Below, one piece after another: positions 18,881 to 33,200 of a stretch of 64,000 bases of DNA; the stretch's first letter is position 1; each line of letters opens with the position of its first letter. A program made the position numbers and the translations under genes. The notes beneath the pieces are model-generated. The model made no database searches. It was not told the origin of the DNA and worked only from the letters and a program-made list of their open reading frames with translations. Source of the stretch: Ascidiella aspersa (taxonomy: Eukaryota); contig OZ004607.1 of assembly GCA_963924565.1 (NCBI GenBank), forward strand, positions 7,812,001-7,876,000, written 5' to 3'.

Positions 18881-20835
18881 CAAGAATCAAATCAATATTC
18901 GTTAGCTCGTTCTGGAATCACATCAATTAGTCAGTCATTTTATGAAAATAATGTAAAATACTTCACCATGCAAACTAAAAACTGGTATAACTGTCATTTT
19001 TGTCAGTATACTTGCAAGGCCGAGGCAATATGTTTTCATAATTGCCTTTATTTAAACTTACTGCCGTTAATTTCGAGGGGGTGTACTTTCACAAACATCT
19101 CTAGTTAGCCAGAATTTTAGATGCTCATCAGCCTTGGCGCGTAACTCGTCGTAACCAAACCATAGTAAGCCAAGCGACATATAGCACGTGTTGCCTTCGT
19201 TTTCAGTTGCGCCGCCCTTGGGGGCTAAGCATTGCTCGTCGCTCATCGCTTTTCATCAACGTAATATATACGCGTATCGATTTTCTGGGGGGTGGGGGCC
19301 GTGTTGTTGCCGTGCCGCCGGGTCACAGCAAATTTCGTGATCGTAAATGTATTGAACGCGGCTGCGGAATAACAATGCAAATTTTAGGCGAAAAACGAGA
19401 CTCCAGCTAAAATAAATGTGGTAACTTTGATAAAGTGTGCTCATTTTGGCGGGAGGGGAGCTTTATCGTTTCCAGTCTATATACAAGAAAGGCTATTTAG
19501 ACTAAAAAGTATTTAAAACCAGTGTAAGATTGTTTCGGGTTCTTTGAACTTTGTTCGATTTGATTGCAATCGTTTTTTACGTTTGCTAAATCAATGCGAT
19601 GTAGCCACTGCAACAGGATTTTGTTGTTTTACATTTACAAGGCTGCTGCTTTCGCCTGCACCCGATTAAGGGAGACAGATTTCAGTTTAGCCACCTTTTC
19701 ATTTTTATATCTAGCGATTTGTTTAGCTAAAATTCGAGGTTTTCGACCCTCTGGCCCATTTTAACCAAAATGTTCTGCTCGAAATTCCGGAAAACGGCAA
19801 ACGTTTTACGTACACCAATACAATTTTTTCTGTAAATGGCAGGTTAACGGTGTACCACCGTAGATGTTTTTTACCTGTAGCCCTTCAAAACGTCGAAAGA
19901 TTTCAATCCAGGCGGCCCTCTTTTTCTTTCAATATCTCGCGATTAAATCGCTGCTGCCCGGCTCGCTGATGAGCTATTAGTTGCGCGCGCGCGCCTGCAA
20001 TTTAATCAACGTTTAATGCATTAATTGATCAGGGGCCATCGCGGTGCTACCACGGCTGGCGGTGTCCGGCCACCCACCACCCACACCAGTAGCGTTGGCA
20101 CCATCTGGCCGCGTTTTCGGCGCCGAAATCTTTCCTCGCGGGCCTGGCAGCGATCAGTCGGGACGCCGGCTGCTGAATTATTCAGGTCTGCGAAACGCAA
20201 GGTTGCCCTCCTAACGATCGCACCCTAATCGAATTACGACTCTTCGTTTTCTCCAACCACCCCCCTTCGTCCAGGTATAAACCGACCCTAATTTTTGGTT
20301 TTGTGAATGAACTCTTGGGCAGAAAGCTGTGTGTAACGATGTCTTATGGTCACAATCAAATTGCATTGTCGCTTTATGGCGTGTTTTACCATATATGGTC
20401 AGTGTATTTTTATTGCAATAGCTACGGGATGATCTGTAATCGGTTAATTTAACCGCAGCCTTGGTTCCCATTGTTGAACAATATTCGGAAGTTAATTCTC
20501 ACACCTGTGATTTGACTGTTTTTTTTTTAATTTTATCAGTTTGCTGTAAATGCTTAAATGTTTTAACTACTAGCAGATAATTGCCTACAAGGGTTTTTTT
20601 ACTCTATTAGTGATATTTCACATTTTATTACATTTAAACACAAACCCAGGAGGCCAAATATTAATTATTATTTTACCAAGATGGCTGAATGACCGAACAA
20701 ATATTGTCATCGTATTTCAAGTTAGCCATTTAATTGTATTTAACGGGGGATTCCATCTAAAGATAGAAATAAGCCTATAGGGGCATTCAATTAAGGATTT
20801 GTATCTAAGTGGGTGCAAATGTGTTTGATCAATAC

Positions 20836-21103
20836 TAGGGGTGTCCAATACGTACTATGCCCAGTCAAGCAAAATATATCAAACTGAAACTTTCAGTTTA
20901 TAAGGCCAAAATCTTGTTTAGCCGCCAATTCAGTTGATAAAATCTACTGATTTTTATAAATTTAACTTTCAAGATAGAAGTTACTGCATTGTATCGCAAA
21001 TCATGGCTAAACTTCCTACATTAATTGGGTAACCGGCGCCGATGCCGCCCGAGTATCGGACGAGTATCGATATTTCGATATCCGATATTATCGGACATTC
21101 CTA
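20836..21103. mobile_element. hAT-type MITE (same family as 1836-2201)
   Basis: taggggtgtccaata / tatcggacattccta ends; partial TSD atcaatac/gtaaatac. Confidence 0.6.
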
Positions 21104-24100
21104 GTAAATACGACTTAAAATGGGCTCGTTAACAGTTTTACATATGTGTTAGGTGTGTTTGAATCTTGACGTTATATAGTTTCACCAAACCACAAAAATG
21201 GCTTGTAACAGGTCTTGAAAGATTGGCGTTATGTAAAATACTCTACATCTCGAAGGTGATGGATGGGATTACATAATACCTTTTTCGTTTCGATAATTTG
21301 GACAGGCGGAACGGCTTACATAACCGAAAACCCCATTCCGTCCTACTGAGATGTTAAATTGAATTCATCTGTAGCGCCTATCAATCACGGGCGTCGTTTC
21401 TGCAACGACTGAGCTTCAGTATCCGGGGTGACACTGCTGGTAAAAAAAATACAGTTCTTGCCAGTTATTTTTAACCAAAAATTAGGAAGCCAGTAAACTT
21501 AGCAACGTTGAGTATACAAACTATAAAAATACCTAAAAAAACAGTCTGCCCCTTTGGTCCGATAAAAAGAAAGAAGAAAATAGCAATTTTCTGTAGAAGA
21601 TTAAAAAGAGCAAAGCCGAAGTGTGAAAAAACGTTTTTCCACCACAACTGTTTGTTTTGACGATTTTTCTGGCATTGGTGGATCAATTAAGTAAAACTAA
21701 AACACATGTCAGTCACCTTTTATTAATTTCTATATATTTATTTATTTTTAAAGGCAATATCGATAGTTTGTACCGTGTAACAAGTATTTTCCCTGGTACT
21801 TTCCTGGCAATAAAATGGTATCTATCGACGTAAGAGCAGGCAGGGGTACTTTATCGCGTGGTATTTTGTCTTAATAGTTTAAATTTGAAGAGCAGAGCAA
21901 AATAGCATAAGTTTTAGTAAGAAGTTTCGTTACGTACTTGCATTACATCAGTTATACGGTACAAGTGCCTATCGAAACGTTTGATAGAAGTACGTTTCGA
22001 AAGTATTACAAGATAATTAGTTCGACCAATTTGGTATTCCTATTCAGGCTGCATTATAGACGCTACCAACCCGACCCGTGCATATCCACTGATCCCAGTT
22101 TAATGGTAAGTCTTTCTTCATATTTAGTTCTGCATGTGGGCCAGTAGCTTATTTCACTGAGCAACTCATAATTTGGTGATGCTCAGATATACTGGTCATT
22201 AAGCTAAATGTTATGCCAAATTGATCATTATGGAGCATCACTGACACAGATAGTGCTGTCTATTAAACAACAATCGCAAATAAAACAGGCTGCGTCCCGT
22301 TTTGGCTAGTCGTTTTTCGTGGAAATCATCAGTCTTTGTAAGCTGTCACCAGCCACAACATTCCCTATTCGCCGTCGCGTCTCTTCACGTTGACGTACAA
22401 CTGGGGGCAGATTAAATCTGGTCTGGCGCACAGACATCTGCAATGGGGATCTGCGGGCTTGTTTTTCTAGTTGTCTCGGTCGTCTATTGTCGGGCAGCGA
22501 AACATATCGATCGCATTTGGTCCGAGGCGAACTTGTTTTCATTAGTATTTTGATTCGTCGAACCTTTCCAATCGAGCGAATTACCTATAACCCCTGAACG
22601 ACTTCCTTTGTTCCTCGAGTCATTTTTTCGACGAGTTACGGATTTTTATACGGCACGCCTTACCCTAGGACAGTGTTTCTCAACCTTTTTTCGCAGCGGC
22701 CCAAATTTTAAGCTGAAGTATAACATCAAAGCTAGAATTTAAAGTGAAATGACAAGACATTGCTTGATGGGTATATACATGTTAAAAGCATCGTGAAACA
22801 TGTTTTGTAGCGAACCTACATTGTTGCGCTATAGCTCGGTGTTCTTTCTACGAAAAAGTACGAAAGATGGGTGGAAATGCAAATAACCGTTTTGAGATGC
22901 CTCAAATCCAATGCAACCACCAACTAACTTTTTCACGATTAAATAACTGGCACGTGCAGCGTCGGTCAGTGCAAGCAAAGTCGGGCATTTATCCTTCTGT
23001 ATCCACCAGACAAGTTTTCCCAAGGGTTTGATAATTGCGATGCGGTTTAGATTACTTTCGGGGACGAGGGGGATTCAAATTAAAGATTGGGATTTAGATT
23101 AACGAACTCCCACAACTTAAAAAAAATGGTTTACTCGAAAAGTGTTAAGGTTATTCTATGTCGATGTAGATTTTAATCCTTTTTAATCGGCGTTGCTTCA
23201 AATTTGTTTTATTTTATTACAGTTTACCATCTGTTTTGACTTGTGCAACTAGACTACAGCCATGAAATGGTAAAAAGTCGCTTTATTGGTTTTAATAATT
23301 GGTATGATCTATTTTCAAAGATGTTTAAAATCTTTTTGATTTTATCTACACATTTAACTTATTTTTATTGTGTTTTGACAACGAGGCTAGTATAGTTTTA
23401 GATTAAGGTCAATACGATTAGCACGCCGCCTTAAAAATCGCCCCTCGCACTTAAAGTTGCACTTAAACTTGTTTCCCCCAGCCGAGCGTCCTTCCAAATC
23501 CAAAAACGGCGCTGCCACGCTAAAGATACGCGCCGCAAAAATAGCGCGCGCTTACCCAGGATCGAGCGTCGCAACGGAACGAAAAGCTTTGAGCTTTAAG
23601 CCGCGCAGTTAACCTGTCATCGCCAGGAGCTTTGCTTCAGCCTGGCGATCGCTCTTGATCCGCTATCATCACCCTTGTGTTGGGCGCGGTATGAATGGCA
23701 TCATCAGGGCAAGTGCAAGTCCCGAAAACTAGCAGGTGACCCGAAACAGGTTAACGAGTATGTTAGACTTGCTTGCATGGCAGACCTTGCTCTATGATAT
23801 CCTTCGAGTAGTCTATCACCATTTAAATATATAAATTCAACCTGAATCTGTTGATCTTCCTAAAAGCGGCGATTCAAATCTTCCGAATCTGTACTGAAGT
23901 ATATTTATCCCTGGCGATTTTGACCGTTAAGGCATTTTTAAGTGCAAGAAACCTTAAAAGTATATTATTAAGGTTGGAACAAAACATGTTTTTTTTAGTC
24001 GGGTCGCTTAAAACCCTGAAAAGATCTATCGCTACGATTTTGAAATGCATTTTACTAATGTTGTTAATTGAGTGGCGTCGTTGTTGTTCTTATAGCTGCT

Positions 24101-26942
24101 GCAATCTTAGCTGGTCAAGCATTCCACTAGTTACTTTTCGTTGCAATGTTTCACCCTTGATGGAAGCGCTGGTCGTATTGGTCTGTTGCTTGCTATAATT
24201 TGTGGAATCTCTCCAAAACGTAAACGACGGTCACATTAAAAAAAATTGTGCTTTAATTGTAGCATCGTATGAAGCTTTGCTTTCCAGAGTTCACTCAGAG
24301 TTAAAGTTACAAGTTCGTTGTCAAAGGTGTCTTAGGAAGAAGGGTTCCAGGCAAAAAATGACGCTTATTCACTGGGACGACAGGTCTAAGTAAATGTGTG
24401 GCCTAGGCCAAGAAATACAACAGTCCTATCATTTTTATCTTACATTACCGTCTTACTCTTATGATGCAGTTTACTTACATGGAGTTAATATGGTATCAGG
24501 GCGAAAACTGAACAAACTGTACAGCCTTTTACCTCTTCACAAACTAATAACAGCGGCACCCCAGATGGTCGAATAGTGCTTGTCATTGACCTTCCAATTT
24601 CAAATGGATTGATTCACTACCGAAAGTGATCTTCTCAAGGAGACCACTTCAGACGGTTTTATTCCGAAATTGCGCAATCCCCAGCACTCTCGAAAACCGG
24701 GGGAGGGGGGATTAATGAAACGAGCGCAGATCGCTTGCGTAACGCGTGTAGCGCAAAGCTCGCCAGCAGATATACACCCCCCTCCCCTCTATTGTAGAGC
24801 GCGCGCTCTGGCGATAGGCCAACAGGCGCGCCTGCTGTACAAGTTATATCTGTATCTCACCTCTGCGGCGCGCCAGCGGTGAGCGGCGATGGAGCTTTAG
24901 CGTCCAACGGCTGAGTTTGACCCCGGCCGCTCTACTGCATGGCGGCATAGATAGTGAGCGGGTGACGCGGTGGGACAGCTGCGCTTTCTAAAACCAGCGG
25001 CGAGCGAACGCGTGTTGGCCCGGGCTACCGGTGTAATGCTGCTCGCTATTAGCCCGTCGATCCGCCGCTGGCACGCCTCAACTTAACAGGTCCCCATGCA
25101 GCCCCTGTGCGCTTATTGCTTCTGCTGCTGATAGGATTTTTTCGCTATGCTGTTAACCTTACGGACACTGCCAAGACCTTCGTTCGCTCGCCTTGCCTGT
25201 TTTGTGACTGGTCGACTTTGGTTGCCAGCTGGTCAGCTGCGGCGGCTGCTGTCGGGAGTGTTTATTGGCGACAGTCGTTGCGCCTGTTGTAAGTTTAGAT
25301 TGGCGAAGTTGGCAAGCTGGGGACCTTTAGTTTGCCGGAATTGCAGGTTTACATATATGGATTTTATTTGCGCTTACTTAGATTCTAGGAACAAAATGAA
25401 GTCTCTCCATGTTTATGTATATTGTTTCAAAGTTTTTTTAGCCATTATTATTTGTTTTTGTTAGAATGGTCAGGGTGAAAAATGTGTAGGAACTTGTTGG
25501 AAGGTGTGATCAGTGTTTTAGTTGTCAGCATCCAAAATAAAATAACAAAAATCGGCTTTGAAAATCGCTATGCCAAATTTGCAGTTGGCGAAAATATCGT
25601 TTGAAACCTTTAAAAGTGGGTTCCTATCGGTTTTCACCCGATCGCGTTATCAGCCGAACACCCTTAACATCGTCCGATTAGCCGCGAGAGAGAGCGTATG
25701 GCATGTGCGTGCCGCCCTCGCCAGCCTTGACGTTCCAAAATAGAAAGTTGACGCCTGGCGTCCCGAGGGAAGGCCTGCGTGACGTCGAAGCGGGAGGACG
25801 GCAGCGCAGCAGTTGCTCTTCGCTCGCCGACGATTTGACAGCGCAGAGTCGAGCCCGTCCAGGGTGAGGCTTGTAGCATTGCTGTGCGAACTCGGTCGCT
25901 CCGCCTTTGCGGCTGCTGCTGATCTTAGGTGTACGCTGCTGGAATTTTGCCGTTTTTTGGCCAGGATTTTCGAGTTTTGAAGCAAAGTAGACTGCCAGGC
26001 GTGGTGCGATGTTTGTTGAGTTTGAGTTTACAGTTTACAGTTCGTAGTTTCTTGCACGGTCAAGAGATTGTTTTTTTTGGCAGCGAAACACTGGCTTAGC
26101 TTTCCAGCAACATGGCAGACTTAGGTTTGCAGCATTCGACTAGAGGCAAGCCTAATTTATGAATGTGTTTCGTTTAGATTGGTTAAATTATATTTAAGGT
26201 ATATGTGGTTGGTTATGGATTGTTCTGCCTTAACAGGAAACATTGTTTAAGCCAGTTAGATTTACTTTGTAAAAACTTCTTTGAATTGAAACACTTTTGT
26301 ACTGCAATTAAAGCAATCAGATAAATGTTTAAAATTACTGTAACTCGTTATTCTTTCACCGAAACAGTATCATACAGGAAGTCTTCGTAGTTTAATTAAA
26401 AAAGCATCCTTCGTTATTTGAACCTGTGAGAAACTGTGAATATCGTTCGGTCCGTTTTGATTTCCTTACCGATAGATAGAGACATAACAACTTCCTGCAC
26501 AATAGGTCGATTTTGAAAAATTGGTGCGAAAACGTCTGGTTGTTTATTAGCAGCGACATCGGGCTCATCACGGTTGCGTACAGCCGTTTCCAATTGTGAG
26601 GCTGCTTCTCGAGGCGACAGACAAAGCTCGCAGCTGTTCGTTTTGCTCCGCGAATTGCTCCCGCAAGGCTCAATTCGTTTTGCCGAACACGCTTGCGGCA
26701 AGATAAATTGATCAGGCCGTGAACCCCGCTGATTAATTAACGACCTATAAGGGAACGGGAAAACTTTGCCTCGCATCGATTGTCGGAGTTTTTCTTAAAT
26801 CTTCTCTCTGTCTGCAAGTTTGTTTTCTCGTAAACAGGTGAAATCACTTTTGGGGTTTTTCCAGTTGTTTTAGTGACAACTGAGAGCAAAACAAAATACA
26901 GTGAGAACTTTCGTAAGATTTAAATTGGTTTAGACTCTAGAC

Positions 26943-27235
26943 TAGTGGTTCTTAAACTCTTTTAGCTTACATCACACTAAAAAAGTTAAACAAATATTCG
27001 CAGCATACTTTCTACCAAACTGCAAATTATAATTAGGCAATCGTCCTTACTACAGGGCAAGGCAATAGTTAACTTTTCACATGTGTATTATGAATTGAAC
27101 TCTCACATGGTTGTGTGCATGCGTATTCGTAATACAAGTTTATTTCTAAAATACAAAAAAAGATCCGCTTTCGTGAAACACTTTAGAACCTCTCGAGGCC
27201 CACATGTGTTGCGGCAAATAGTTTGAGAATCACTG
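26943..27235. mobile_element. Degenerate Charlie-like hAT MITE
   Basis: tagtggttcttaaact ... agtttgagaatcactg ends; TSD is poor. Confidence 0.45.
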
Positions 27236-28915
27236 TTCGTGACATAGGTTATGATCTTTATTCTACATGCATACGTTGGCATCTTGTTTCTTCGTCTCAC
27301 TTGCTGTCATATGGGTCGATTCAAACTGAATTTTGTTCTGCGGTTGCTGGTTTTGCATTGAGCAATGTTCTTACATCAAGTCAGGAGCATACTTTGGCCA
27401 GTGCAGATAAAGTTTGCACTTTTCAACAAAGATGAAATTGGATTTAAAAAATTAAAAGCCGGCCAAACACTTTGCAAATTACAACACTACAAAACATTGC
27501 CGAAAACTAATTTAAAGGGCAACAACTATAACTTACATAGCAAAAGATATTCTAGCAGTTTTAATGTATAGACACCTTACTCAGAACTTGAACTGTGGAA
27601 GGTGGTTGGCTTAAAAACTGCGACCAAGTGTTGCCCAACCCGCACGATTAGGTTCGACACAAGTGGTTTCATATCAGCTTACACATTGAATCCTGGGGGA
27701 AATTTCAACACATGCTCTCTGTCGTTTTCAAAGGCCTGTGGGATATCCTTAGCATCGTAGTTTAGCTGCGTTAGTTAAACGAAAGGCGGGCCAAGTAATT
27801 AAACCTCGTACTAAAACCTGGTAAAAATTAGGATAATAAAAAAACATGCGCGTTTTAAGGAACCCCAGATTTTTAAGAAAGCCCAATTTTGTTACGCTGG
27901 ACACAGTCCAGGTGCCGTGGCCACTCACAACGGTTAACTGCAAAAGTTGGGCCGTGAAAATGTGCACAAAAACAAAGGGGGTCCGTTGCCTTCAGGCGAG
28001 TGTTCAATAACGCCGAGACGAAGCCAGGGAGAGAAAAGAGTGTTCATAAACGTCTCGACGGCCGAATATATCTTCTTGCGATCCACCGCGTCGAGCGCTT
28101 ATTGAATCTCGGCGGAGGACATGAATTATTTATCGATCGGCCTGTTTGCCGCGCCTCTGTATGCCCGGGTGCCATGGCAGACGCGCGCGCTCGCGCTCTT
28201 ATACTTTATTACGTCACAAACGGGCAAGCCGACAGCGCGCCGTATGCGTTTCGGGCGTCGCGTTCTTCGGTGGCATCAGAATTAGCCAACTTTGCGAAAA
28301 CAAAAACATAAAGATGCAGGAAAAATTGTCAGGCAGCAGGAAACTACTGACCAAGTCCAAAAGCGAATGCTGTCGCTGTTTTTGGTTCTTTACACATTAT
28401 TGGACACTTGCGACATTCAAATATTGGTCCTTTGTTACGAAACAAGAGTGACAATGCGTTGTTAAAAAAGTAAAGTTAGTAGTTTCGTGCTGCCTGGCAA
28501 TTTTTCTTGCATATTTATGTTTGCGTTTTAGCAAAGTTAGCTATGTTACCACGGTTAAATTGAGCAGTTTTTGATTGAATCTTCAGTTTCGTGATCAGTA
28601 CTTAAACGTGGGAAAGCTGTACTGCAGAACAATAGCACGCTGTTAGGTTTCGTTATATTTTATCTTTATGCAAACTTAAATAAAATACCTTAACCTAGTT
28701 TTGCTATTGAAATGTCCTTCAACACTGTAAGTCGTTCCTAGATTGTTTTAAAGTCAAAATCAAAACTTATTAAACAGCTAAACCACCTGTGTTTTGTTTT
28801 TCCTATAGGCGTTGCGCAAATTCCACTGTTTTCTTTAACGCGACAATGCTTTAAGCGTCAGCTGTCGGACAAGAAGCAAGTTATTTCCGTGGCACGGCAG
28901 AAGAAGCGGCAAAAA

Positions 28916-30286
28916 ATGGAATCAAGGTCGGCGGCGTCATACGCGACGGAGCCTTGCGGCGGCCAGGCGACCACAACAACAACAAAAACGACGACAAGCG
29001 CGGGCTTTTGGGGCAAGGAATCGATAACGAGAAGAGGCGGTGGAAACCAGGCGAAGAAAAACTGGCGTTTTAGCTTCGCTGTCCCAAACCGAGCCCTGCT
29101 GCCTTGGCTTCTACTCGGCGGGCTTTTCCTTCTCGGTTGCCCGCCGAACGCCGGCGCTCAGACCGAGGTGATGTGGCCGGACATCGAGGAGCTGGAATAC
29201 GACCGCTGCCATCCCAATGTGACCGGCAGGCCGCGGGTTTGCGAGCGAGGCCTGATTGTCCCCGTTTGGCCACCGGCGCAAACCGTCGACCTAACGACTG
29301 GCGACATTTGGGCGCGCGCCATTGTCTATCTCATCGCTCTTGTTTATCTCTTCCTTGGCGTTTCCATCATTGCGGATCGCTTCATGGCCTCCATCGAAGT
29401 GATCACATCCAAAGAGAAAGAAGTGGTTTATCGGCGTCCGGACGGCGAGGAGGTCACCACCACGGTGCGAATCTGGAACGAGACCGTCTCCAATCTCACC
29501 CTGATGGCTCTCGGCTCCTCCGCCCCCGAGATCATGCTCTCAGTGATTGAAGTGATGAGGAAGGGCTTCCGCGCCGGCGACCTCGGACCCTCCACCATCG
29601 TGGGAAGCGCCTCCTTCAACCTCTTCATTATCATCGCCATCTGCATGTACGTGATCCCAGACGACGAGCACCGCAAGATCAAGCACCCGCGCGTTTTCTT
29701 CATCACGGCCACCTGGAGCATCCTCGCCTACGTGTGGCTCTACGTCATCCTGGCTGTGACGTCGGTGGGCGTGGTCGAGATCTGGGAGGGCGTGCTCACC
29801 TTCCTTTTCTTCCCGGTCCTGGTGGTGCTGGCCTGGATCGCCGACCGGCGTCTGCTCATGTACAAGTTTATGCGCAAGCGCTACCGCACCACGCACAAGA
29901 ACATGATCGTGGAGACCGAGGGAGGAACGCCAAGCGGAGACCGGAAGAGCCAGGATGGCAACATGATGCTCAACATGGAGACGATGGGCGAAAGAGACAG
30001 CCCTTGTGGAGAGGAGGACGCGCTCCATGACGAGCACGCGGTCGACTTCGATGGAGGAGACGACGTGATTAATCCGGAGAACAGCCGCAAGAAGATGATC
30101 CGGTTGATGCGGGATTTGAGGAAGAAGCACCCAAACGCCGACATGGCCGAGCTGGCGCGCCTCGCCACCGCCGAGTCCATCAACAAGCAGAGCAAGAGCC
30201 GGGCCTTCTACCGCATCCAGGCCACCAGGATGATGACCGGCGCCGGCAACATCCTCAACAAGAGCAAGACAGAGCAGATGAAATCG
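28916..30286 (+). CDS. SLC8A1: NCX coding exon 1 (signal peptide, TM1-5, alpha-1, XIP)
   Basis: Acceptor tatag ends at 28808; first in-frame ATG at 28916; donor gtgggt at 30287; 457 codons. Confidence 0.93.
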
Positions 30287-33200
30287 GTGGGTGCACTTTG
30301 CGTGGGGTTCTTTTCAGGGAATGGCCTGGTGCCGTTTAATTTTTGATCCTCGCGTTTCTGTTTGGCTCTTTTCGCGACCGTTTTTATTAAGCCAGGTCGT
30401 GTATTTATTTACTTTTTGCTAGGTTCTTGAGCCTAGCAAATGATTTTTTTCGCCTGTTTTGACAAGGCTGGAACTAAGTTTAGAACACAAGCAAGTCTGA
30501 GCGAATAAATCGCTGTGGGGGGACTGCTCATGATTTTGTGGGGAATTTGCCTGGCGCAATTTTAAACCTTGTGCCACATATAGTTGCGTACTTATCTTAG
30601 GTTTGGGCCTTATTTATTTCGCGCCATATTGATTGGTGCCAGGAGATTTTAATTTTCTGCTTGTGTGTTCTTGCCTTGTCAAAATATTTGCTTCACTGAC
30701 CTGTACTGTATAATAGGTTTAAAATAATGGCGATGCACTTCTTTTAGAATTGGAAACAGTTGCTGGCCCAGGTGCAAAACTTGAATTTGCATTTGTGAAG
30801 GGAAAGTTAATTGTGGTGTCTTAGCAAACTATTTTGATAAATGTATTATTAGGCCTTCGTAGTTACCAGGAATACATATTAGGATAAAAGGTTGCTTTTA
30901 ACAGCCCTTCCATTTCAAGGTTGACCTAGGTAACACGAAAACCATAGGAGACAAAGTTTTTTTTTTGAAAATCAACCTAGAAAACAAGCGAGAAAATACT
31001 TCCTTACCTTTAATTTTCATTGAGAGTTACGCCTTTTCGGTGTAAATAAGGCGTTGAGCAAAGTCAAAGCTCTCGAGCGCACAAAGGCCGCATAGTACTG
31101 AAGTAGCCCTAACGACCATCTCTCAACCCTCCAAGAGTGGCGGCGTTATTTTGAAACGATAACAAACGTTTCGGGCGAGCGCCGTAGGTGGCCTGGGTCC
31201 GTCTTGACCCGTCCCTTTGTGCCCGGGGAATGCCGCCGGGCGCTGGCCCAGTCAGGCGTAACAAAACACCGCCGCCGCTTCCCGACGTTCTGCTACAAAA
31301 GACGTTCTTTTTTGCGATTCAAGTGTTTTACGAAATTTTCAATGCGTATATGCTTGGGCAAATAGCATTTTGGTTAGGCTGTTAGGAGAATGATATTTTA
31401 CATTATCTTTTTAAAAATAAAAAAATCTTTGCTTCCAACGAGGGTTTCATTTCCCGCGCCCATGGACAATTTTTTAGGATTTTCTTACTTTTTTTTACAC
31501 CTAGGTCATTTTGTAAGTTTGGAAAAATGTCGTGAAAAAGGGGGCACGTTAACTTGTAAAGTTGGCAGTTTATCCGTTGCATTTTTGGACAAACACCCGT
31601 TGTCTTTTATGCAACAAAAACGACGTCCGTTCTACATTGCCGTAAATTTGTGGTTGTTGCTAACGTTCAATGGGACCAAGTGCTAAGAGTTGCAGAATGC
31701 ACATTAAAAAAACGTTCAATCCCAGTAAAGTCACCAACAGGGAAATCAGTCCCTTTTATTAGGAGTTGGTAGTTTTTACCTATAGAATTTCTAAGAATCA
31801 ATGTCCCCACTATCGTCTGATAAATGCAGGATAATATGTTTGTTTATTGTACAAAATAAAAGCCTTAAAATCACTTTTCCAACCGATTGAAACCCCTCCG
31901 AGAAAAACTGAAATTTGCTGTTTTTGATGTCTTGGTTTAGCTCAATGAGAAACTGTTACCGAGGAATGCTCACAAAAATAAATCGACACCAGTGCAAATA
32001 ATAATATTAGGTTCTCTGTCGAATAGGATGATAAAGAGATTCTTAATGCTAACAATAAAGATAAAGTGGCAATTTGTCGCATTTTTTGCCCAGACGGAAA
32101 ATCTGGACAGCATTTCGGTGGACGCCGACGATTCTGTTGCCAAGGTCTCATTCGACCCTTCCGACTACAAGGTCATGGAGAATTGCGGGCACGCAAAGTT
32201 ATACGTAAGTAAAGTGCTGCTAATTTGCTTCCTTTGGCCGTGATTCGCTTGAACCAGAAATCAACAGATTTCATATTTGCTGGCACAATTTAAAATTGGC
32301 TTGGTATAGCGTTAGTGGTTGTCTTTAAGGGAAGGCCCAAACAAATGTGATGCCTTATCTCGTTTTTGGCGGTGGGCTAAAACCGTTAATTAAAACCAAA
32401 TCGCATTTGGATGATTTCAATTTAAAACATTCTCATTTATTTTTCTAAGCTAATTTGCAAATTGTGACCTGCAATTCCGAGAGTTTCTTTTCGAGTCCAA
32501 ACATAAAAAAATAGAAACCGTATTTCAAAGCAACCGTGTATAGCCGAGGTTCTAAAAGTTTGGCGGGCGCATTTGATTCTTTGAAATAAAGAACCCGTCA
32601 ATATTTTTTTATATAAAGAAAATGAAAAAAAACACGGATTAATAATAGCAATTACTTTAACATTCAAATCACTACGAATGCTGACTACTTACGTTACAAA
32701 AGCTGTTAATGATTTATTACCAATAAGTCTTAGTAAGTAGGATTTGCCCCAGCTAATAATATATATCAGGTAATATATTTAAAGTATGTTATGTAGGCCT
32801 CTTGCGAATTCCTAACGGACCAGTAAGGATTCGCGAACCTCAATTCGAGAGCCGCTGCTCTACAGTGTTTTCCTAAATCAAGAACTGCTACTCAAAAAAA
32901 AAACAATTTACGGATGAAAAAAACACTTTAATTATTGCCATTCAGCATTATATATTTCCTTTGCGAAATTGGCTGGTTTTAACGATTTCCTGAATCCCAG
33001 GAAAGATGGTTCACAGAACCGTGAAATGTGCGTATATACCTTTCGTGGCAGTAAAACAGCAATTTACTTTCTATTTTAAATTGGGAGTTGTTTTCGTTCG
33101 TAACCATCGCGCGATCAAATCGAATGCCCTATTAAAATAAAATGCGTCATATAACTTTGCGAGCAACCAAATAAAACTTAAAAAAAAGCGAAAAATTGTC

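Noticed and set aside
29070-30195. Several overlapping and antisense ORFs within NCX exon 1
   Set aside because: Shadow frames caused by high GC3 codon bias.
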